Positions 57,951 to 64,000 of a stretch of DNA of 64,000 nt are shown here, in pieces. Each line of letters starts with the position of its first letter. The first letter of the stretch is position 1. Source of the DNA: a virus; IMG/VR virus record IMGVR_UViG_3300010885_039212, positions 31,734 to 95,733 of that record; one strand, given 5' to 3'. A program made the translations under genes and the position numbers. The notes below the pieces were generated by a model. That model was not told the origin of the DNA. It saw nothing but the letters and a program-made list of their open reading frames with translations, and made no database searches.

Positions 57951-58898
57951 ATGAATGAAAAAGAAACAACTTCAGAAACAGTTAAGCAAGAAATTGCTGT
58001 ATTTGAGGACATCCGTAGAGATTTAGCGATACAAACAAAGCTAAATATACCTATGAGCTACGTGTTTGGGCGTGGGGTAATTGGTAATAAAGAAAGTTTT
58101 GGTGGTAATTCTTTAACAGTTAATACGGCTAAAGTCGATGGGGCTTTGGCTAATGTTGAAGAATTACAGAATATTTGGAACCATAGTCATACTCAATGGA
58201 CATGGAGACATTTAAACTTATCTTATCATGCTCCTCTAAAGAATATGCGACAAATTGCTGCAGAAATGTCAGCAAAAAAAGCTGCGTTAAACGAAGCTAA
58301 ATGGAGACATGTTGATTCAGAATTAAAGATTCGTAAGATTGAAGAAGAACTTCAAAAGGGACTTGATAGTGGTACTTTAGATTATTGGAGAGAAGTTGAA
58401 CTCAAAATTAAACTTGCTAAAATGAAAGAAGGTCTTGCAGATGGTACTTCTTATATTGAAGGAGCCATGAAAGACGTTCTAACTCTCAATGAACTATACG
58501 AGCAGTTGAAAGAAAAAGTTTCTAGTTTTAGCGAAGCTGATGTTGAGAAAGAAGAAACTAAATCTCATCTTCAAAGATCTCTTGTTCAATGTATTCGTGA
58601 TGTACGAGAACGTGGTTCAATATCAAAAGGTGAACAAGAATATATAGAACAGATCGGTGTGAATCCAATGAAACTGCAAGGTTTGCTACAAAAATATGTA
58701 GCTGCAGAAGCAAAAGAAGACAGCTGGGATGTTACGGGATTATATGAATTTGTAAATAAACTTACAGATGAATTAACTGATGTATATAAAGTAGATCATG
58801 CTAGAATGAAACTGCAGGGATTTAAACCTGAAGTATTTGATAATTATTCTTATACAAATAAGGTAGCGTTGTTACCTAAACAAGAAAAGGAAGACTAA
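57951..58898 (+). CDS. coiled-coil hypothetical protein
   Basis: Long helical heptads; SD GAGGA; alternative start 57933. Confidence 0.75.
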   Translation: MNEKETTSETVKQEIAVFEDIRRDLAIQTKLNIPMSYVFGRGVIGNKESFGGNSLTVNTAKVDGALANVEELQNIWNHSHTQWTWRHLNLSYHAPLKNMRQIAAEMSAKKAALNEAKWRHVDSELKIRKIEEELQKGLDSGTLDYWREVELKIKLAKMKEGLADGTSYIEGAMKDVLTLNELYEQLKEKVSSFSEADVEKEETKSHLQRSLVQCIRDVRERGSISKGEQEYIEQIGVNPMKLQGLLQKYVAAEAKEDSWDVTGLYEFVNKLTDELTDVYKVDHARMKLQGFKPEVFDNYSYTNKVALLPKQEKED

Positions 58899-58899
58899 A

Positions 58900-59244
58900 A
58901 TGGCAGTAATAGAATACATGATGGTACGAGATAGACATACTAGACAAGTACCAGAATTTGTTGGAGATCGTGGTCACTGGTATAATTCGGTGGATCATAC
59001 TTTTATCGGTTGGGTAGATGATAATCGTGACTACTATGTTCCAGATACTATTGTTTATCTTACTAAAGAGCAATTCATCGCCAGACAACTTGCTGCTCAT
59101 GCAGTTGTTCCATGGACTAAGTTTAAAGATGAAAAAGAAAACTTTAATCCAGGGGCTGAGAAAATTGATTTGACAATTGAAGAAGTCACATCAATTTCTG
59201 GCGCATGGTATGATGGATTTGTTGCAGCAAATCAACCTGCCTAA
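58900..59244 (+). CDS. hypothetical protein
   Basis: SD AAGGA, 114 aa. Confidence 0.75.
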   Translation: MAVIEYMMVRDRHTRQVPEFVGDRGHWYNSVDHTFIGWVDDNRDYYVPDTIVYLTKEQFIARQLAAHAVVPWTKFKDEKENFNPGAEKIDLTIEEVTSISGAWYDGFVAANQPA

Positions 59245-59250
59245 ATAATT

Positions 59251-59379
59251 ATGATAGAAATTACCGCACAAAGAATTCTAGAGCTAGAACTTCCAGAATT
59301 GATTAGTTTATTGAGAAATTTACAAATAGAAGACTTGGATGCATTTAAAAAAGTACGAGAATTACTAGAAGATCTATAA
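59251..59379 (+). CDS. 42-aa Leu/Glu-rich protein
   Basis: Follows CTAAATA; TAATG overlap with next gene; not in ORF track. Confidence 0.6.
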   Translation: MIEITAQRILELELPELISLLRNLQIEDLDAFKKVRELLEDL

Positions 59380-60395
59380 TGACTATCAGAGTTAAAAAAG
59401 ACCGCATAGATTTCGACAATGGTTTTTCCATTGTCGAAACAGCAGAGGGATTTTCCTTTAATGGAGTTATCAATGCTAAAACTGCTCAAAGAAGTGGTTT
59501 TCAAGGTGTAATTGCGGGTTGGACTGCTGGTGGATATGTATATCCAGGCACAAGTACGCAAATTGAAAAAATTCCATTTGCAACAACTTTCACTCACTTT
59601 GGTGTTGGAAATTTAACAACACCTAGTATCTATGGACAGAATGGACACTCATCTGGAACTGATGGATATGCTAGTGGGGGTTTTACAACTAACATTGAAA
59701 AATTTCCATTTGCATCTGGTTCGGTTACAGCAGTTATATATGGAACACTTGGATCAAGTGGTGGTCTTGGTTTTGCAGTAAGTTCAGATACTGATGGTTA
59801 CAGCCATATGGGACATCCACCATTTCCATCTACTGGTAAGGGTGGTAAAGCAGTTTATAAATTTCCATTTGCAGTTGCTGGTAATATATCTAATCAAGTT
59901 TTTCAGTTAAACACAGGAAGACAACTTCCAGCATCTCAACAAAATACTATATATGGATTTGCCAGTGGCGGAAGAACAGATCCTCCTGGTAGTCCTACTC
60001 CAAGTTATGTTGGAACATCAACTATTGAAAAATTCCAATTTGGAACAGACTATACTAATTATACAGTTGGTGCTTTAACTCAGGCTCGCATTGCTGCTAG
60101 TGGTATTTCTGGACCAGTATATGCATATACTGCTGGTGGGTATAATCCATCTGCAGTTGCAACGATTGATAAATTTCCAATGGTTACTAATAATAATGCA
60201 ATAAGTGTCGGATCATTAAGCGTTACGAAATATTCTGGCTTTGGTAATAGTAGCACAACAGCTGGTTGGGTTCCTGGTGGTAATACGCCTTCACTAAATA
60301 CAGTTGAAACTTTTCCATTTGCCACTGATACAAATGCAACTAATGTTGGTTCTTTGTATACAAGCAGATATAGTGGTGCACCAGCTCAGGTATAA
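59379..60395 (+). CDS. Kelch-like beta-propeller protein B1
   Basis: IEKFPF repeats. Confidence 0.75.
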   Translation: MTIRVKKDRIDFDNGFSIVETAEGFSFNGVINAKTAQRSGFQGVIAGWTAGGYVYPGTSTQIEKIPFATTFTHFGVGNLTTPSIYGQNGHSSGTDGYASGGFTTNIEKFPFASGSVTAVIYGTLGSSGGLGFAVSSDTDGYSHMGHPPFPSTGKGGKAVYKFPFAVAGNISNQVFQLNTGRQLPASQQNTIYGFASGGRTDPPGSPTPSYVGTSTIEKFQFGTDYTNYTVGALTQARIAASGISGPVYAYTAGGYNPSAVATIDKFPMVTNNNAISVGSLSVTKYSGFGNSSTTAGWVPGGNTPSLNTVETFPFATDTNATNVGSLYTSRYSGAPAQV

Positions 60396-60398
60396 CAA

Positions 60399-61508
60399 AT
60401 GACTATTAAAATAAATTCAGACAGTATACAGTTTCCAGGTGGAACCAGAATAGTTGCAACTCCAACTGGTATTGCTATAACTGGTAATCAAACAGAAGGT
60501 GCTTCTGGGTTTTTAACTGCAAAAGCATTTTCATATAAATCTCCAAATATTGGAGAAAACTACGGATATACTTCTGGTGGTGCTGGACCATCTGCTGGTG
60601 CAAATACTTTAACTGCAATTCAAAAATTTGCATTTGCATCAACAGTAAGTTCAACCCCTGTTGGTTCTTTAGCAATTGGTACTAACAATGTTCGTTGGGG
60701 ATCATCTTCTCCAAGTAATGGATATAATGTGGGTGGTCAAAATAGTCAGGCTGGACCAGCAGCACCATTTGCTCAGGCACCGCTTGGGATGGCATTGACC
60801 ACAATTCAAAAATTCCCATTTACATCAGATTCAAATGCAACTAATATTGGACAATTAACATATGGTTCATATGGTACTTCTAATGGGCACTCTACCATTG
60901 AAAATGGATTTGGTGGCGGTGGAATTTATTATACAACCAGAGTTGCTAGATGGTCTCATGTAAATGATGGAAATAGTCAAGTGCACACTAATTTAACTAC
61001 TGGTGTTATGTATGGGAGTTCGTTATCATCTGCATTTGCTGGTTACCAGGCTGGTGGTGGTAGTTCTCCAGCTTCACGAAACAGAACTGCAATTGAAAAA
61101 TTCCCATTTGCCATTCAAAATACTATATCTACTATAGGAAACCTTACACAAGGGCGAGAATCAATAGCTGGTGTTAATGCTCAACAAAATGGTTATTTCT
61201 GGGGTGGACAAGCAACTGCAACTTCAGCTGTTACAACAATTGCGGAAAAGTTTAATTGGAGTAATGAAAACGTAGTTGCTATTCCTAACATGTATACTCC
61301 ATATACGTCGCCAAATGGAGGTACTACTGCGGCAGGCGCAAAGACACCATCATCAAGTGCAACTACAGGATTTCTTGCTGGAGGAAATAATACTGTTGGA
61401 GGTGCTATGGTTGCAGTTGATGCTTTTTCTTTTGCTTCAGATGGATCTTCTGTCCTAGTTGGAACATTGGGAACTGCAGCATCGCAATCATCACCAAGTT
61501 TTTACTAA
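60399..61508 (+). CDS. Kelch-like beta-propeller protein B2
   Basis: IQKFPF repeats. Confidence 0.75.
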   Translation: MTIKINSDSIQFPGGTRIVATPTGIAITGNQTEGASGFLTAKAFSYKSPNIGENYGYTSGGAGPSAGANTLTAIQKFAFASTVSSTPVGSLAIGTNNVRWGSSSPSNGYNVGGQNSQAGPAAPFAQAPLGMALTTIQKFPFTSDSNATNIGQLTYGSYGTSNGHSTIENGFGGGGIYYTTRVARWSHVNDGNSQVHTNLTTGVMYGSSLSSAFAGYQAGGGSSPASRNRTAIEKFPFAIQNTISTIGNLTQGRESIAGVNAQQNGYFWGGQATATSAVTTIAEKFNWSNENVVAIPNMYTPYTSPNGGTTAAGAKTPSSSATTGFLAGGNNTVGGAMVAVDAFSFASDGSSVLVGTLGTAASQSSPSFY

Positions 61509-61520
61509 AAGAAGAATAAA

Positions 61521-62516
61521 ATGGCAATCAAACTTTTTGCAGATCATATTGAAATTGGAAATTTTATCTTAACAGAAGGTAACCAAGGAATTCAATTTGA
61601 TGGTGTTATTAATGCGGATAGAATCAATAGTAATCCATATCAAGGTGTAAGTGCTGGATATACTGTTGGACAATATGGTCCACCGCAAATTGGACAATTT
61701 CCATTCTCGACTTACGTAACTCAAAAAAATCCACAGACTCCTTCTTTTCCACCATATTCTAGAAGTACAGCTGGTGGTGCATCTAATACACATGGTTATC
61801 AATTTGGACACTATCAAGGTGGTTCACCACCATTAATGTCCAGTATTGAAAAATTTCCATTTGCAGATGTAACAGCTCCTGCTGTTGCAACTGGTGCGTT
61901 AAAAAATGCTGCTGGTGGAATTTCTGTTTATTTTAAGAGTTCAGAAAACGCATATATTGATGATTCAACCACTTGTAAAATTCCATGGGCAACAGATCAA
62001 CCATCTGTCCCACTACCATTATTTCCTCAAGGTGGTACTAATCTTGGCGGTGGTCATGGAGTTTCGTCTTCAAGTCATGGATATGGTACAGGGCAATATT
62101 CTGCTAGTTCAGTACTAAGAAAATTCCCATTCGCATCAGAAAATGGAATGCAAGATCTTGGTCAGTTAATGTATTATCCAGGATTTAATAGAAAAAATTG
62201 TTCTTCACCTACCAATGGATATGCATTAAGTGGACAGACCTATGGACCAGCAGGTAATGCAGTATTAGCGTATTCTATGGAAAGATTTCCTTTTGCACAA
62301 GATACAGCAGGTAAAGCAGTTTTAATTGGATCACTTGGTCCAAGCACTGGTGTTTGGGGAATCACCCATTCTTCTCGAACTAATGGCCATTGGACTGAAG
62401 GTACTGTTGGAGTAAATACATTTCCATTTGCCACTGATGCTTCTGCCACGCAACAACAAGCAGCACCAGCACTTGCATTTGGTACATTTTTAGCATCGTC
62501 TCATGTTCATGTCTAA
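61521..62516 (+). CDS. Kelch-like beta-propeller protein B3
   Basis: Divergent FPFA repeats. Confidence 0.75.
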   Translation: MAIKLFADHIEIGNFILTEGNQGIQFDGVINADRINSNPYQGVSAGYTVGQYGPPQIGQFPFSTYVTQKNPQTPSFPPYSRSTAGGASNTHGYQFGHYQGGSPPLMSSIEKFPFADVTAPAVATGALKNAAGGISVYFKSSENAYIDDSTTCKIPWATDQPSVPLPLFPQGGTNLGGGHGVSSSSHGYGTGQYSASSVLRKFPFASENGMQDLGQLMYYPGFNRKNCSSPTNGYALSGQTYGPAGNAVLAYSMERFPFAQDTAGKAVLIGSLGPSTGVWGITHSSRTNGHWTEGTVGVNTFPFATDASATQQQAAPALAFGTFLASSHVHV

Positions 62517-62554
62517 TATATAGAATACTATTTTTTAATTATGGAGAAAATATT

Positions 62555-63415
62555 ATGGCACAGCGAATTTTAGTAATGGGATTACCAGGATCTGGTAAAA
62601 CTTATTTTACACAACATTTAAAAACCTATTTGGAAACTCATGGGGATCTTTATAAAATTAATCCTCAACGAATAATGAATTATGAGGGTATTCCAGATAG
62701 GAATTTCCTTCGGGTAAATGTTGACTGGTTCAACGCTGATGAGATAAGAAAGAAATATAATGATTGGGATTTCTCTAAAGAAGGAAGAATTCGTCAATCA
62801 TTACGTATGTTTCAGTTTGCATTTGAATGTACTGGTGACTATGTAATTTGTGATTTTGTTGCACCACTTGTTGAGATGCGCAACAACTTCAAAGCGGATT
62901 GGGTTATCTGGATGGATACCATTGATGCTGGTCGTTATGATGATACAAACAAAGCATTTACTCCACCAGATGTTTATGATTTTAGAATCACTGAGCAAAA
63001 CGCAGAGAAATGGGCAGAGTTTGTTGGTTCGCATATTCTAGAAAATCGTCGTAGACCTAAGTTTGACTGGCAAAAAGAAACAGTTCAAATGCTTGGTAGA
63101 TGGCAACCTTGGCATGAAGGTCATAGAAAATTGTTTGAAAGATCTATTGCTAAAACTGGTCAGGTTGTAATTCAGATTAGAGACTGTCAGGGGTGGCAAG
63201 GTTCCAATCCTTTTGCAATCGAGCAAGTAAAAAATTACATCAAACGAGATCTTGATCCTTTATTTCAAGGACAATATGAAATTCAAGTTGTTCCAAATAT
63301 TGTAAATATTACATATGGACGTGATGTTGGATATAAAATTGAACAAGAATCTTTTGATAAATCTGTAACAGATATTTCAGCCACCAAGATCCGTAAGGAA
63401 ATGGGAATTGAGTGA
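62555..63415 (+). CDS. APS-kinase (CysC)-like domain fused to HIGH-type nucleotidyltransferase
   Basis: GLPGSGKT, NADEIR, DWDFSKEGRIRQ, DFVAP; C-domain GRWQPWHEGH...YGRDVGY...ISATKIR. Confidence 0.85.
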   Translation: MAQRILVMGLPGSGKTYFTQHLKTYLETHGDLYKINPQRIMNYEGIPDRNFLRVNVDWFNADEIRKKYNDWDFSKEGRIRQSLRMFQFAFECTGDYVICDFVAPLVEMRNNFKADWVIWMDTIDAGRYDDTNKAFTPPDVYDFRITEQNAEKWAEFVGSHILENRRRPKFDWQKETVQMLGRWQPWHEGHRKLFERSIAKTGQVVIQIRDCQGWQGSNPFAIEQVKNYIKRDLDPLFQGQYEIQVVPNIVNITYGRDVGYKIEQESFDKSVTDISATKIRKEMGIE

Positions 63416-63614
63416 TACTTCAGTTCGCAGTCTAGCAAAGGCTGTTAGCTGGCGAGTTACAGGAACTATTGATACGTTTCTTATTAGTTGGCTAATAACT
63501 GGGCAGGTGTTACTTGCTTCAGGTATTGCTCTTACTGAAATACTAACAAAAGTCTTTTTATTTTGGGCTCATGAAAGAGTTTGGAATAAAATAAATTGGG
63601 GTAAATCCCAATAA
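63408..63614 (+). CDS. DUF2061 small membrane protein
   Basis: RSLAKAVSWR.TGTIDT...HERVWNKINWG. Confidence 0.88.
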   Translation: MSDTSVRSLAKAVSWRVTGTIDTFLISWLITGQVLLASGIALTEILTKVFLFWAHERVWNKINWGKSQ

Positions 63615-63624
63615 ATATTTTTGT

Positions 63625-63650
63625 AAAACCCCACCTTGTGTGGGGTTTTT
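63625..63650 (+). terminator. intrinsic terminator
   Basis: AAAACCCCAC-cttgt-GTGGGGTTTTT. Confidence 0.88.
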
Positions 63651-63700
63651 GCATTTCTTGCACTCTGAAAAACGATAAATAAAGATATAGGAGATAAGCT

Positions 63701-64000
63701 GTGGCATCGATAGCAAATTTATACATAGATCAAGGTTCGACTTACAGTAATACTATCACTGTAGCGTCAGCTACAGGCACATCTTTAAATTTAACTGGAT
63801 ATACCGTTGCTTCTCAGATAAGAAAGTCTTATGGTTCTTCCACTTATTATACATTTACCGCAAGTGTTTTTGACGCAGCAACAGGTAAGGTTAGATTACA
63901 ACTAACATCGACACAAACTTCTGCGATTCCAGCTGGTAGATATCTTTATGATATAGAAATCACAAATACATCTACAACTGCAAAAACAAGAATCTTGGAA
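63701..64000 (+). CDS. conserved T4-like virion protein (5' partial, runs off window)
   Basis: Late promoter, SD AGGAG, GTG start; ANLYIDQGST...LTGYTVASQIRKSY...AGRYLYDIEI. Confidence 0.8.
   Translation, partial: MASIANLYIDQGSTYSNTITVASATGTSLNLTGYTVASQIRKSYGSSTYYTFTASVFDAATGKVRLQLTSTQTSAIPAGRYLYDIEITNTSTTAKTRILE

Noticed and set aside
51329-62516. Diversity-generating retroelement or invertible shufflon acting on the propellers
   Set aside because: No reverse transcriptase or recombinase in the window, all copies on the same strand, and no near-identical TR/VR pair seen; shared DNA is short and explained by protein motifs
1-64000. Stop-codon reassignment, introns or inteins
   Set aside because: Core genes are intact in code 11 with TAA, TAG and TGA all used as stops; no split genes or intein termini noticed

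Overview
This 64 kb AT-rich window comes from a large T4-like myophage with cyanophage/pelagiphage-style gene content. The iscU sequence and tmRNA tag point to a proteobacterial host, probably a betaproteobacterium (inference). Standard genetic code. Layout: (1) 1-9.4 kb, early accessory region of small ORFs under sigma70-type promoters, with a SleB hydrolase, AAA ATPase, metallophosphoesterase, MazG-like and HAD enzymes. (2) 9.4-17.9 kb, auxiliary genes: uvsE, phoH, GH19 endolysin, iscU/iscA/erpA, Cas4-like nuclease, a circularly permuted two-piece tmRNA (tag ANDSQFALAA), a second SleB and ClpP. (3) 18-20.5 kb, gp33-gp59-gp32. (4) 20.6-26.7 kb, minus strand: tape measure/hub, gp51, gp26, gp16-like, 3TM holin, gp54-like, gp2, gp4. 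(5) 26.8-51.3 kb, baseplate (gp48, 53, 27, 5, PAAR, 25, 6, 7, 8), VrlC-like protein and an S74-chaperoned fibre. (6) 51.3-63.6 kb, six paralogous Pro-loop beta-propeller proteins in two sets of three, interleaved with a sulfotransferase, four 2OG-Fe(II) oxygenase domains, an APS-kinase/nucleotidyltransferase fusion and DUF2061. The best candidates for new biology are this putative self-contained hydroxylation/sulfation system for virion proteins, the permuted tmRNA plus ClpP module, and a pseudoknot-led small gene at 16.0 kb. All family calls come from motif recognition; no database search was run.
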